A stretch of DNA of 62,932 bases, the filler included, from Platydemus manokwari (taxonomy: Eukaryota): the NCBI GenBank assembly GCA_037951405.1. It is 6 parts of 6 records of this genome, joined end to end, with 100 filler letters (N's around TTAATTAATTAA, not from the genome) between each part and the next. Parts side by side here need not be neighbours in the genome. Positions count along the whole stretch, not along the records: positions 1 to 9,209 come from JBBMOY011282984.1; positions 9,310 to 19,022 come from JBBMOY011214322.1; 4 more parts are not named here. One strand, 5' to 3'. Of this stretch, positions 1 to 14,844 are shown piece after piece. Every line of letters begins with the position of its first letter. The first letter of the stretch is position 1. A program made the position numbers and the translations under genes. The notes under the pieces were generated by a model. That model saw only the letters and a list, made by a program, of their open reading frames with translations. It ran no database searches and was not told the origin of the DNA.

Positions 1-879
1 GTATTCCAATTCGTTCCCAATCAATTATAGATATTTGGAATAAATTATATTACATTTATTTCCATTTCTCTAGATAATATATGAATTAATTCTATAATTT
101 AATTTCAAGTATATTTTTCAAAAATTTCATACAAAGTTGATTTCAAACTATCAGAATTTATTTTACAGATAATTAAATCAAAACTTAAAAATAGTTTTCA
201 TGAATTTAATTTTATAAAGTTATGTAGTCTTTTGCAATACAATCAAAAAATTAAAATTTTTATTTCAGAACCATTGTTCGAAATCAATTTTAAAATGAAA
301 AAATTTAATAATCTGGTTAATTGATTTCAAAAATAGCTTCAATAACAAAAGTTATTATAGAAACAAATGAATCCAACGTGATTTTGTTTTTCAAATTTTA
401 TTATAGTTTAAATTTTTTAACTCTTCTAAATTGATGGAATTGATGTCCACCTCCATTGCTAAAGTAGAAACCACAAGTTTTTAATTTCAACATAAATCTT
501 ATGTTTTTTGATTTGAGTTTTCTAAATATTCCTTCGAATTGAATTCTCATTCATTGTTAGCATGTTAAAATAAGTAAAAATGTTATTCGATTTGAGAACA
601 TAATTAAATTTTTATGCTTTGTTAAAAAGAGGAGTCCTTTGATCTGCTTTCCTAATGGTGAAGCAAATTTTATAACATAATTTTGTATATAATTTAATTA
701 ATATCTCACTTTTTAGGATGTCGGTTAAAGCATAGTTTTTCAACAAAGTTCCTTTTTTAATCACAACAATTCTACATGACTTTATGAATTATTAAATTTA
801 AATTTATTTAGTTATAAATGAGCTTTGGAAACTTATGATATGTTTAATTGTCTAGTGTTATTTGCTTTTATCAAATGAT

Positions 880-1149
880 TGTAAAAATCAAATTGATTAT
901 AATATTAAAAAGAGTCTTCGTTAATTTTCATTAAATTGCAATTTGACCTAATTTGATCCCTTCTTCAAATAATGAAATCTTAGTAGACTTTGAAGCTCTA
1001 GTCTAATTAATATTTGATTTCAAACAACTTAATTCATCTTGAGAACTCAAATAAAAGATTCAATGTTTTTAAATAATATAATTAAATAAACTATATAGAT
1101 TTTTGCAATACACTCAAAAAATTTTAAAAAAATTATTTTAGGACTCCTT
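880..1149. mobile_element. Terminal fragment of the GG-terminal TIR family (another fragment at ~100-275)
   Basis: Reverse-complement match to 20220-20480 (TTAATTTTCATTAAATTGCAATTTGACCTAATTTGATCC...TTTTGCAATACACTC...TTTTAGGACTCC). Confidence 0.68.
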
Positions 1150-2329
1150 GATATAAATTCTATCAATAATAATCATATATGGTCTTCAATGGTGAACCAC
1201 CCCAAGTAAAATCTGTCAGTGTGATGGACCTCAAACTCCACCTTAAAATTAATAATGATAATATAATTTTTCTTCAATAACGCAAGTTTAAAATTTCCTA
1301 TAATCTAAAAATAGATTAAATAAAATCCTAAAATAGATAAAATAAAGGATGAAGTCTAAAAGCTGAAAATAATAATTATCAAATATTAAAATAGCATTTA
1401 AAAAAATACTAAATTAGATAAATCAAGGAACAAAGGTTCAAAAATCACAATAAATAAGAAAACAAATCAGCATGAACACATCATAATGCGTATCATTTTG
1501 ACAAATTGCTATCGAGAACCAGAATAAAATTGATTTCCAAACAGTTGCAGTTGTGATGAAGCTAACTATGTGCCATTTTTGTAACTCCTAAACAATTTCT
1601 TTAACCTGATTTGTCAACCAACTAAAGATTCTTTTTTGACAAATACCTGTAAACTGAATTGACCTAAATTTTTTAACTTGAATTTAATCCAAAATTTACT
1701 AAATTAATAAAAAGTAATTTTGTCATATTTTGGTGCTACTGGAATCTAGCTGCTTTTAAAGCATGAAGCGAAAACAAGGGCTCTTGTAGATATTCTCATC
1801 GAAACACTTTGCACCCATAATTATGAATTATTCCAGAAGAATCAGAACCCTAAATAAAATTATAAAATTCTTATTATGTGTTTATTTCTTAAACTCTACT
1901 TGTTTACCAATTATTTTTTTTATTAATCAGGGTTTTGTTTATTTACATTGATCATTACTGTAATATTAATTATATTTATCTAATCTTATGAATATCCAAT
2001 ATCTATTTATGAATAATCCTAATTACTTATAATACATTTATTGTTATTTTCACATATTTCGTAGTCAATTTTTGGAGTTAGATTACGGTGAAATCATTAA
2101 TCATAGAATGTGATAACAAATACCACTAAAACCTAATAAATAGCTCTAATTTCTGAAGAATTTTTAAGGCACACTAATCGATCACAAATCAATTCATTCT
2201 TCAATGGAGAAATTTCAGTCATCTGGAAATGTAGACGATTAGCCACACGGCAATCCTCTTGATGAAAATTACGTCTATAAAGTTGGTGCAATGACAATAC
2301 TGTGTACTGAATGGGTAATATGTTCTCTG

Positions 2330-2401
2330 GAGGTTGAGAAGCGAATTCTTCAATGCATTGATGAAAATGGCAGACATTTTGAAAACGAAATTCGAAAATG
2401 A
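2330..2401 (+). mobile_element. Relic of a Tc1/mariner (Tc3-like) transposase C-terminus
   Basis: Translates EVEKRILQCIDENGRHFENEIRK-stop, matching the R..CI..NG.HFE terminal motif of these transposases. Confidence 0.65.
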
Positions 2402-3451
2402 AATTTCTAATAAAAAAGGGTCATCAGCTATTTTTTTGCTTATTTATAGTTCTGGTGATGATACCGGATTTTCTTGCGAAAATCGTGAAAACATAAACGT
2501 CTAGGTTTAATTTAATTTAATAAAATAAAACCCTTTCATAACAGAAATACTATTTCTGGGCATTCGTTTAACAAGGATAATCAATTATCATTTTTATCAT
2601 ACAATAATGAAGAAATTTGAAAAATTTGAGTATATTGTTTGAATTAACGATTTATTGGGAACTCAACTATGAAATTGTACGTTCATTTTCCTGGACATTA
2701 TCGATCCATAGACCTATACACAGAAATTGTCTACTTTCTGATGATAACTCACGCTAATTTCTCTCTGCAGTCGAGTCTAATAGTTGTAAACAATTGAAGA
2801 AATGAATTTCAGGAGGAAAAAAAAATTAGTATAAATGCTGTTTCGGATTTATTTAATACACGTGTTCGATTAAAATCAAACAAAAAATTTGACATTTTCT
2901 GATGTTCAGTGATGATAGTGATGCTGATGAGGATAAGCGAAAGTGTGAAAATTATCGGAATATATTATATGTATATCAGTTTTCGCTCCAATTGACGATT
3001 CTGTGACATGATACAGTTGCAAATCATCCACAGACCCAGCGACACCAAATTGAGAGCTGGTGTGAAATATCAATTGGTGTATTATTAATTGGTTAGAGAA
3101 ATTGTACATCAAATAATTACGGACTAGATATAAATACATATTGGATGTATAAAATTGTAAATAAATGAATCCATATATACATACATACAAGCAGTTACGG
3201 ACCATTTTGTATTTTATCTCAAGTCCAGTTACCACACGGTTTGACAAGTTGTCACACATGACCGATTTTGAAAATAAACACACCGACAAAAGTTCATCGC
3301 AACAATCCAATCTACAGCAACGCTTCCAGCCAATGAGAATCGAGCATTTACGATATAAATATTCTATTTCCATTATTGGCATAGCAGAAGAAATATGCTT
3401 GATTTGAAAGTAATCCTCCTTCTACCGATCTTCCATTAATGGTATCAATAG

Positions 3452-6400
3452 ATGTATGTCATTAAATTGTCATCCTACTTGTCAGTGATTTGTTGCATTT
3501 TGAAAATGTCCATCAATTCCGTTGCAGTGGCAAACGCTTATCAGGATTTTACGTTCGCATCGGCTCAATGTCAGGCGATTTGTATGAGAAACTTTCTAAA
3601 AATCAAGGCCACAAAAGAACAGGTAAACTTTTGGAGCTTTTTTATAAAATAGATGGACTAATAATTTTTTTATTATTCTAGTGTTCGAAAGCCTGCCGTC
3701 AGAATCCAAATATGTGTGAAATCAATTGTTTGGTAAGAAAGTATTTCATTTAATTCTGTTTCCAAGGTGATTATTACTTTAATCACTTTGGTATGGTATT
3801 GGGAGAAGGCTTTAGTCTGTTCTATATTGAGTGATAAATAAATATAGATTTTACATGACGAAATTTAGTCTTGGATAATCCATTGATGGGGAATGGAGGG
3901 TAACATTACCCATCACATTAATTGATCGAATCTAATTCTTGAGGATTAAATATTCAATTCCCCCAGATGGTAAATCAACAGTAGAAATTGAGATACAATT
4001 TTCGAATAAAAGTAATTTTCATCAAATATAAATCAGCATCACAATGGAAATCACAGATAATTCCCTTCACAGTGACAGATGTGAACTGAAGAGAGAAGAG
4101 AACAAATTGAATAGATGCAATCCATGTAGATAAATAATGCTGCAAATTAAGTATAAGGCAGAGTTAATCAAAACGACTAAAGAGATTATTAAGTAATCGA
4201 CAGCCAAAGTTGAACAATGATGGAAAAGATAGAGAAAGTCAAATTAAATATTTATGTTTTATTTGTCGAAATATTATTTTTTTATAATATAAAATTCCAT
4301 ATTATTTAAGATTTATCGAGAAATTTGTTAGAAATAATAATAATAGCATTAATCATAAAACAATTTACTAACCGTGGTCTTAACCATTAGCTTAATAATT
4401 AATAAAATTATTATGTTATTTTTTGATTAATATGATAATATTAATCGTAAGGTTAATGACTGATCCGCGAATAGAGCCGGCTTTACATTACTTTTTATTC
4501 ATTAGTATCGAATAGAATTTCGAGTCTAGTAATAATTTGTTCATTGGTGGATTCGATCACACAAATAATTGGCTTAATGTTTACTATCACTCACCACATG
4601 ATATACATATGTTTTAGATGAGGCTGATATTCTTATTATCATATAACTCGGCAAATTGTGCTGATAATAATTTTGATAATAAATTATTAATAATATTATT
4701 ACTATTATTATATAAATATATAGGGATCCCAACCAGGTTGTTTAGCAGGCTGTAAATATCTTCGAGAAATAGTTCTGGTCCATCCGGGAACTTGTCCACC
4801 GCTTTCCAATTCCGATCCAGACTCCATCAAACAACCATCCTGCTTATCAAAATGCAAATCAGATAACGAATGTTTCAGTACATTACAAAAATGTTGTAAA
4901 ATCGGTTGCAGTTCGATTTGCGTACAGGTATGAAGAGTACAACAACAATAAATAAGTTGTTTAAATCAAATTCCTTTCCAGCCGATTTTCAATAGTTCAA
5001 TTCCGGATATAGCACCACAATTAACGCCAATAAAAATCCCAAATTCAAGTGATATCGAATTCGAATGGATCACTGCATACCGATCATTCGTCAGCGAAAA
5101 GAGCCCACTGACATTCATTCTCCAAACTCGAGTCTGTCCATGCAAAAGATTCGACAGTGCTTACGTTGAAAAATGGCAAACCTTAATCATAGTTGTTTTT
5201 TCATTTTATTTGTTTAAAAATTCGTTTTTGGGTAAATAATTTTTTTTCCTTATTTTTTTTATCGACAAAACGACATTGTTTGTTGAAAAGAAATCCGTTC
5301 AATGACAGTGCGAATAAAGATGTTTCCGTTGTTAATTTATGGGAGAAATTATTTTTCTTTTTCGTAGAAAATTATTGTGGTTTCAATGTAATAATTAATA
5401 TTCGACATTCATTTTTAAGCCATAAAAATCAAGTCCATATGCACATCCCCCCAAAATACCCCCTTCCTCATTTATAAGTGAAATGTTGACTGACCATGGG
5501 ACAATCTGATTGGACGCTGAATATTTTCTGTGTTGGAATGTTTGGACTAATTTAACAAGCTTCTCCTCTCATTAATATTTCTTTTCCGATATTTGGAGAG
5601 ATATCGATTTCTTTCCAAATGAAGAAGACCACGAGAAAGAAGTGCGAAATTAGTTTCATGAGATTTTTTTATAATATTAAATTTTTGTCATGAAAAATGC
5701 AGTTTGAGTTTAACATGAAAGCGGTATTATTGGCCTCCTATATGATATTGCGAATTCCGAGATAAATTGATTTTCCTATATTAATAAATCATTATGTTTT
5801 GGGGTCGCTAAAGAGAGTATTTTTATGTTTTTCGTTTTCGTGACAAGAGAGAGAATTTTTTGTAGAATAAATCGATGATTTACCATGATTCATGCAGTGA
5901 TATTGGATATATATATACACTTTTTTAAATATCAATCTTATTAAATGACCTTGAGATGATTTAAAACAAATATCAATTTTTAGTTTGATTAAATTTCTTC
6001 CTGATCAATTCTGAGTAGACTGTTGGATTAAAGATTAAAACATAAAACTTTCCCAGCTTTTATAATAATCTGGAGAAAAATTCCCCATTCTCTCTTCTGA
6101 TGAGGAAACATTATTGAAACTCATGCCAAACGTTTTATTTGTAATACCATTTACTTATTTTTATTCATTTGAACACAGTTAGTTGACACGGAAAACTAAT
6201 GAATGGAAAATTCAGTTTTCGTTGGGCCGTTTTACGATTTGTCATAAAGGTTTGGAGAGTTGGAATTAATGAGATTCCGTGGTTCCGGGAAACGAAAACA
6301 TAAATCGATTCGTGATAAGCTAACATTAAAACAAAATAAACTCATACATAGTCGGATAAAAGTGATTGTGAAACAACGACGCTGACGTTGACAAGTTTAT

Positions 6401-6760
6401 TGTTAGTGGATGAGGAGAAATTTCATCGAGACTAATTGGAACCTTATTGTTGTAAATAATTTATGTGATGAAACCAGCGGTATCGGTGATCAATTTATTG
6501 GAATGTGCTTTCAATACCAATGCGGTGTCATCAAAGTATTGAATTATGAACACCAGTAATGAAAGTTCCATAAGTGAATGTGTTATTTTCGGCGGAACAG
6601 GAGACAGTTGGGCGACCTCGTTTGATTATGAATATAGGGAAATGGTTTTATCTCGGTCAGCTGAGTTCTTTATCGTTGGAACGAAGTTGTTATTGTGTCG
6701 GACTCTTTCACATTTTCCAACCGATATTGATAATGGATTTTTATTTTTAAAATATCAAAA

Positions 6761-6791
<31 letters not shown>

Positions 6792-9134
6792 TAATTAATT
6801 TAAATGTTCGATTCACCTTGAATTATTATTTTGAATTGGCTTTTTAAATTGTTTTTCCTTGACTTGTTATTATGATTTCCAGTCCGGATTTAATAGTGAA
6901 TTGGTAGGCATTGAACTTTCGATAAAACATCTGTTTCAGTTTTTGCTTTTCATTTTAATAGCTCTTTGAACATTTTGAAGTCATAACAATGAGGTGGAGT
7001 TCTGAAAAATCCCGCAAGGCCTCGTTTAGAGCTCATTAAAACTATATGAATAACGTCATTGAAACTCCACAATGTGAATTGGTGAACACAAGAGAACTGA
7101 TATGGCTGCTAAGAAACGATTCCAATATCCATATCAACCAGAAATATGAAATAAACCACTAATAAAAATTGCATTTTAACGTTTTTTCTTTAATTAATTA
7201 TGGTTTGTAATTTTATTTGTATTTCTAGAACTGAATGAATAAATTCATTTCATGAAAAAATCAAAATATTTTATTGCTTATTATCGATTATCAGTGAATT
7301 ATAAAAAGAGAATATTGTCAGACATTCGCAGAAAGTGGGGGGGTTAAATACCTAGACCTTCGTCTCCTGGATATATATATTAGCAGAACAAATTAATTTA
7401 GATCCAAATCGTTTCTGGCAAGTTTCAGATCAAACACCATTGATCAAAACAATAATCGATCGATAAATATTCGTTATTATTTTAAAATAATACTTTATTT
7501 TTAACTACCAAATTAAAGAGACAACTTTAAATTTACTGAAGTGGAATTTTTAATTTCTTTTTTATCCCAAATTTTATAATTAAAATTGTCATTATAATAA
7601 TGCGATGCGAATACCAAACCGTTAAACGTTGTGAAAATTGGTACAATTACTATTGCTACAATGTCTCAGTTCCTGATATTTTAACACTTATTCATTTGCC
7701 CACAGCGAGTATTTAATGAAGAAATTTCTAATACCCATCATATTTTAAGAATTCCTTAAAAATGTTTAATATCAATGTAATGACAGACAACTCGTCATTA
7801 TGTTGTTTGAGCTACTATACATAGAATAAAGGGGATTTTATACCGCTTGTCCACCATCGTCTTAATTTTTCATTTATTTGTTTCAATGATATCACACTTA
7901 TGAAAACTCTTTATATTTTTAATATTATATAAATTCAATCAATTGCTTGCTCATATATAGTAGTGGTGAGACATTAGATAAGAAAGTAGTTTACAGATTT
8001 AAAATTATCAAACCGTCAGTCAAAATAAAAACGATGGATTTACATCTATCTGCAACATTTGTAAGCTTTACACATTGAGTGACAGTTATTTTTTTCTCTA
8101 TCTTATCCAATCACAAACGACTATTAACCACGAATATTTCCATTCAATCACACTGGTTGTTTTCGAGAATTTGTATTTTTTTGTTTGAATAAAATCGTTC
8201 ATGCCAACTTTTTTTTTGTTTGGTCGTATAACGATAATATTGACTTGATAATGAATGGAAAAAAAACAGGAAAAATACGTCAAATTAAATTGCCATTTTT
8301 CGATGTTTTCAGTCTGTTTCTGATGCAAGCCGACGATGAAATGATTCATGAAGTCAGGTTTGATAGTCGACATCACCCTCACGTTTAGCAAGCTAAAACG
8401 TAATACGTGAACATATTTCTCACAGTAGAATTGTGATGAATGAAGCAGTTGAGTAAATTGCCATCGTCATTTAAGTGTTGAAAAAAAAACAAACGAAACG
8501 TGAATGCACGGTTGCACATGCACGACATACATTGCAAATTCGGTTGGTGGGTTGTTTGTGTTTTTGTAGTTGTTTTGATATGGAATTGAAATTTATCCTG
8601 GAATAAGAAATACTCAACTTGTTAAGAGTTTTGCAATTAAAGTTTTGTTTGAAATAATTTTAAATCTACTTTGATTATTTTGTTTTAATCAATGAAATTT
8701 AAATTTTATTATTTATTTGTTTTAATTAATATCAAATCGTGGAAATAATTAATAAAACCAAGACATAAACATCATGATTTTAGACCAGTCAATCTGGAGC
8801 GAGACTCAATGCTTTCGACCAGGGCAAAATTTACCAATTCAGACTCGCTGTTGTCTCAGCCGACGGAACGATGGGATATGGGCCGCCATCGGCTCCGTTT
8901 CCGGAGATTGCTGAACGACCAACCAATCCGCCATCATTGAAAGGTCTTTCCGAACTGTTAACACGAGTCTATAGCTCTGGAAAAATCAGTGTCACAATCG
9001 GTTGGCAAAAGTCCGAAGAATATGTTCTGCCGGTTTCTGAATATGTGGTCAAGTGGATGATCGATTATGGTTACGTGCAATCAGATGGGCAAGCCATTTC
9101 AGCATTGACCCAATTCACTCAGTCTGTTCCTCCA
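3452..9134 (+). CDS. ANOS1: Anosmin-1 / KAL-1 homolog, 5' part (signal peptide, Cys-rich region, WAP, FN3 domains); cut by the gap at 9210
   Basis: Five in-frame GT-AG exons, all phase 0: 3452-3622, 3682-3732, 4724-4927, 4982-5191, 8784-9134. Translation includes SAQCQAICM, CLAGCKYLREIVLVHPGTCP (cf. human [20 protein letters not shown]), WAP motif CLSKCKSDNECFSTLQKCCKIGCSSICVQP, and FN3 segments WQTLII|TSQSGARLNAFDQGKIYQFRLAVVSADGTMGY (cf. [38 protein letters not shown]) and GKISVTIGW..PVSEYVVKW. Confidence 0.92.
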
Positions 9135-9141
9135 GTAATAC

Positions 9142-9209
9142 ATTATTATTATTGCTATTATTATTATTATTATTATTACTATTATTATTATTATTATTAT
9201 TATTATTAT
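9142..9209. repeat. (TAT)n microsatellite abutting an assembly gap; similar tracts at 30782-30819 and 60827-60940
   Basis: Read directly. It explains the poly-Y/poly-L/poly-I tails in the ORF track and probably the contig breaks. Confidence 0.95.
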
Positions 9210-9309
9210 NNNNNNNNNNNNNNNNNNNNNNNNNNNNNNNNNNNNNNNNNNNNTTAATTAATTAANNNNNNNNNNNNNNNNNNNNNNNNNNNNNNNNNNN
9301 NNNNNNNNN
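9210..9309. other. Artificial contig spacer N44-TTAATTAATTAA-N44 (also 19023-19122, 30820-30919, 42620-42719, 53533-53632)
   Basis: Identical 100-nt structure five times; the palindromic 12-mer places a stop codon in all six frames. Confidence 0.97.
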
Positions 9310-12300
9310 AATATTTAGGTTTTTTCAACAATGAATTACTTAGTCGATTTCATCATCTTTATTACAAAATTTTTGATAAAAATATAATAAGATAGTTATG
9401 TGATGCCATATTTAGAAAATTCAAAACAATTTCTGATATTTATAATAATATTAATCGTTAATAAAAATCCATAATAATATTCAAAATAAATTTTATATAA
9501 TAATTCAAAAATCAACATTATTTCCACAACAACAAAACGTCATCATCAAAAGATGTTAGACGAGCGAATTCAAACACAATTTTCGTATGGTTGGCATTGG
9601 GGAATTTTTCTCTAACAGTAATTCATCTGCTAAAGAAACAAGTGAACATGAAAAATATATATATATATATATATATGTACACATTGAACTGTGTTTTATT
9701 TTGAATTTTACAAAATCGCAAATAATTCTCCACAATTATTTTTCTGCTTCCATAGGCACTGTGGCAGAATTCGAAGTTTGGAAAATTTCAAAAAATTTTC
9801 ATTTCCAACATTTGGTTAACATTTGTTTTTCAGAGCTGGCTAAGATTTGATTTATTTGCGAATTTTCCATGACAGATATTTTATAATAATTAATATGTTT
9901 ATCACAGTTATGTATATCAAGATTATTGACAAATGTTTTTTGTCTTCGCCTTTCATCTTTGAATGAAGAAACTCAAACAAATATCTAATTAATGAAATGA
10001 AACATCAAACCATTGCAAATATTGTTACGATAAATATTGTCGAAGGAAATATGAATGGTGTCCTTTTAATATTGATATTATCATTTGTTTCGATTTCCAA
10101 TGCTTGCTTATGAGAGGCGCAATATATGAAAAAAGAAATCAAAAGTTACTGATTAAATTGTAGCAGAAGTAATGTGTGAAATCTGGATGATATAAAAGAC
10201 ATCAATATTAATTATTAAATTATTATTAAATAATAAAATAATTTATAAAGCCAATAATCATTATTTAAAATATGCTTGATGAGTCATCGAAAAATGGAAC
10301 ACAGCATTAGAAACAAAACCCATACATCAAGCTACTAATAAGATCGCAGACAGTAATCGGAAAGTGTGTTGAATTTTAAGAACAGTTAACACATTACTCG
10401 ATCTAGGAAGATGATATAAAAACTGATTGTTCAGCGTACAAAATTTATTTCATCACAAGAAATGTATAATTATATTCGAATTAATTCTTTCTATAAGAAC
10501 AGTGTTAAAAGAAATTGTTGATGATGAAGAAGGTTATACTAACCTGTTAAATTCTAATGACGAATTAATGAACTCTTTGAAGAGAAATTTAATTCACAAA
10601 GCATTCTTTTATATTTATGCATAGCATTTTTATTGAAATTTGATTAAAAGACTTGATTACGTCACTACATTGCTGTTAACTAAAATCCAATGGATTCCTC
10701 AATATCCCAGGTTTCCCAAAAGTCATCTTATTGTTTTATTTACATTTTTATTATCATTAATTTTTTACATTAATCATTTTTAGTAGTATGTTATTAAATA
10801 TATTTGATCGTGTTATTTATTTGTGTTTACATTGTTCATATTTGTTTTGATTTATATTATGATTGCAACAGCAAACGCCCAACGTAAATCCACGTTTTAA
10901 TGTATCATCCGACAAGAGCAGCTAGAAACAATGGAATATTTTTCCTATGAAATTTTCACTGCAAAGAGAGAGCCACAATATGAAAAAAGTTTATTATTTT
11001 CGACTCTGTGTCCGCTAAACACATTTTTGAAATTCTTTATCTGAATTTGATGTCTCCTTTTTGTTGAAAGTTCAAGAAATGGTCTACAGGAGAAATCGTT
11101 TGGAAATGTTTTTCCAATAACAAATCTGAATCAAATGAATGTGTCTTCTAGTTATGCCATGACAATATCAATATAAACATTTTCTTGTGGCTCTCCAAGG
11201 ATTTCAGAAAAAATATTTTCCTAATTGACGGAATTATGAAAATGATAATTCCTAATTTTATAGTGATATCTAAGCTATTATTTATCGATTTTAGACTTTT
11301 TTCCCTTATTTTTTCCGAAAATAATTTTCTTCTGTTATAAAATATTTTCAAGTACAAATATAGCCATAGATATTTGCCAGAAAGAAATCAAACTCAATGC
11401 CCCAATTTGTGGATGAATATTTGGTCAAAGATATCGTGGCGAATCATTTCCTTACTGATCTCTCAATCTTGAAAATATTCAACTGGTTTTTGAATTATTT
11501 GATTTTTTTATTATTTTATTATTATTTTATTATTCAACTCCTAACTGAATATTTCAAAAAGTCTGCCTCGTAATATTTTTTGTCAACTTTTATTTATTTA
11601 TGAAAATTTATGTACACAATAAATACTGGTCCAACCCCACAGTGGATTCAATGTAATACATATCATGTGGATAGTATAAACAGTGCGGCTGTGAATGTAA
11701 ACATATTCAATTCCTCACCATTGAATTTCCTGTATATTTACACATATTAAGGCAAGTTACCTTATTATTTATTTGAAAAATTCAGGTGAAATAGATAATT
11801 CACCTTAATTAATGATAGAATTAGTGGTGGAAATCGTGATTATTGGGATTTGTAATAAATGAATAAATCATTACAAATTATCATTTATATTATTATTTTC
11901 CCATGTTATTAGATTTTATTAATTCAAAAATTCATATCAAATTACATGAAAATATTTCCCAACGTATAAAAATTATTACTTAACCCGACAAAATTGTTAA
12001 GACCGAAACTAATTTGTAAGTCGCTATTATTTTATAGTGCACACATTGAAAACGAACTGCAGAGTCAAGATACCAAATGATGTACTTAAATACAATTATA
12101 TAAACATATTAATATGATTTTATATAAAATCTAAATTAAAATTTTAATAAAATCTTTAAAAATTTAACTCATTTGAAAATTCTCACAAAATCTATTTCGA
12201 ATTAGAGTTGAGAGCTAAGTGAAAACACAAAAACAACTTATGATTGCAAATGCATTTGGCCGAATATGATTTAAAATTTATTCAGCAGTAATCTACATCA

Positions 12301-12802
12301 AATACAGATTTGCGACACCAACACAGAACATCTTTTGACTGCTATTACCAAACTTCATATGAATACATCCACGCACTAATATTGTTCTTGCACACTTTTA
12401 CAATGAACTTTGCTATACAATACGTCACAGTAAAGTTTAAACTTCCTACAGCTCTACATTAACAAGTAAACTATTTTCAATAAAATGATTGGTTTTAATC
12501 TTTTCAATTATTTTCTTGAAATGTCATTTGGCTTTATTTCTATATTATTTCTGCAATCAATCCTAGTTAATGTGCTTAATATTGTATACATAATTTTAAT
12601 ATTCGAATTTCCTATATTTTCTCCACAATTGCTACTTTTAATAAACATCTGCTAAATTAAGAATTTAATAAGAAATTCACATAATTAGATATTTCTATTC
12701 ATTCTATATTAATATTTGATTTTTATTTTAAGATTAATTGAATTATATGATTAATAATCGATTTAGTTTTTAATAATTATTTAAAGCTTTGCATTATTAG
12801 TA

Positions 12803-13371
12803 TACCGTGCGATTCATAAGTCTCCGTCTCTAAAACTAAAATAAATCAACAAAGCGCAATATAATTTATACTCACATATTTATACTCATTGATATTAATT
12901 ATTATTCACTTATTAATGTATTTTATTTCTTATTTCTTATTAATCAGTTGCATTATTACAATATGGTGTAAGCAGATGGTAATGTTAAATTTTCACTTGC
13001 ACACAGTGTGTTTATGGTTAGCCATGCAATAGTGTACCAGAAAAATGCCAAAAATTGCCAAGAATTTCAACTATATTTCAATCGTTCACCACCAACTAGG
13101 ACAACAGTCCAATACTGGAATCAGAAGTTTGTAGAAACTAGAAACTTATCGACTAAGTTGCGATCAAGAAGACCGTCTGATGAAATGATGAAGGAAAAGG
13201 TGGTAAAATTTGTAAAAGAGAATGATGGCACAAATCAAACAGAAACTACACGCGTGTGTATAACTTCACCAACTTCTGTTCACAGATATCTCAGAGAAGA
13301 AAAAAAACCTTTCAAATATTCTTTTTTTATTTTAGTTTTAGATACGGAGCCATATGGTGAATCACATGGTA
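12803..13371 (+). mobile_element. Internally deleted Tc1/mariner-superfamily element (DUF4817 HTH type) with both TIRs
   Basis: Left end TACCGTGCGATTCATAAGTCTCCGTCTCTAAAACTAAAATAAA after a TA; its imperfect reverse complement lies at ~13326-13371. The internal ORF (FQLYFNRSPPTRTTVQYWNQKFVETRNL..RSRRP..SVHRYLR..KPFK) is the paired-like HTH N-terminus of a Tc3-like transposase; the DDE domain is absent. Confidence 0.85.
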
Positions 13372-14844
13372 TTTTTTATTAAAATATCCATTATTCAATA
13401 TTTATCTCTGTTGTTTTTTGTTGTTCTAATTAATATTAAATTAGGATTGATTGATAAAGGATATTTACAAAAGTTGTTTTAAAATATAATATTTATTTAG
13501 TTCTTAAATAAGATGTATCTAATTAGATAATTAATATGTTAATACATAAATAGAATAGATAAATAAAATATTTAAAAAATTAAAATAAATGAAGAATAAA
13601 CAATGAATTTCCACAACCCTCTGAAATATTTAGAATTAGGCGTTTTTTTCCACTAATTTTTAAAATTCCAAAAATTGTTTTAATTAATCGATTTTTATTA
13701 TTCATATTGGATTATTTATAGCAATCTCTGTGTAGTGGGTACTAATCCTATCACTCTCCACACCCTTGGCACTGAGACTGTATATAGTGTACAGCTTATA
13801 ATAAAAATATATTTATTACTTCACCATTTGAATCTCTGACGAATATTTATATTATCAATCAACCATTGTTTTGAATCTTTTTGCTCTTAGGTGGAAATCT
13901 TTTCAGTGCTTTTAAGATATGATATAGTTAATAAAAGTCGTAGTTATTTTTTAGATTTAAATCAGTGGCCTTACATATCTTACTTCCTCGGTAAATCTCT
14001 CAAAAAGAAGCTTTATAATGTCTTCATGTTATTAGAAATTTGCACGTCGGATTATGATAATAATAGCAATGAAAAAACATTGTCTCGTCCGTTCATTAGA
14101 CATAGCAATATATTCCACCTACGTAAGCTATTTTGAATAAATTCATTCTTGTTTTTTCACTTTCTTTCGTCGAAAATTTAATTTATATTTAATTTTAATT
14201 TAATTTAAGCTTCGTTAAATATTTTTTTAATTTATTTATTAGATTTAATTTATTTAATTAATATTAATTATTTATTTTCATTATTTTTATTTCACGATTT
14301 CTAACAGTAAATCACTAAAGATTATTTTATTAAATATTTATTTTTTCATTATTTTATTATAATAAATTATTGGTTTCAAATGGATATTTTTAATTAAATA
14401 ATAATTTTAATCATTAAATGACAAAATAATTGTGATTATAATTATATTATATTTCATTTTTTGATTATAAATTAATTTTTAAAAATTTGATTATTTGGAT
14501 TAATTAATTAATTAATTAATTAACTTTAAATTTAAATAATACAGTTATTGTTTATTAATTAATAAATAATTAATTGATAAAAAATAATTATTGATCTATT
14601 TTAATAATTTATTTATTGTTAAATCATAATAAATTATTGTCTTGGCATTCATTATTTATTTGGGTAATTAATTAAATTAATTAATTAAGTTGATTAGTCT
14701 TGGCTATTGTTTATTTCTAACCAGTAAATTTTTCATTAATTTTTATTGGGTTAAAATGTTGATTGAAACAAAAAATTTTCTCAAAATACAAAATGAAAAT
14801 TTTGCCGACAAAATAATGCAGAGATCCATTTTAATGTCATCAGA

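Noticed and set aside
2906-3382. 158-aa minus-strand ORF
   Set aside because: No domain or convincing composition; it overlaps the probable 5' UTR/promoter of the anosmin gene.
9254-9265. Recurrent TTAATTAATTAA motif as a biological regularly spaced repeat
   Set aside because: It is always centred in exactly 44+44 Ns, so it is an assembly linker.
9053-9265. Poly-Leu / poly-Tyr proteins in the ORF track
   Set aside because: Translations of an intronic (TAT)n microsatellite and Ns; the real exon ends at the 9135 donor.
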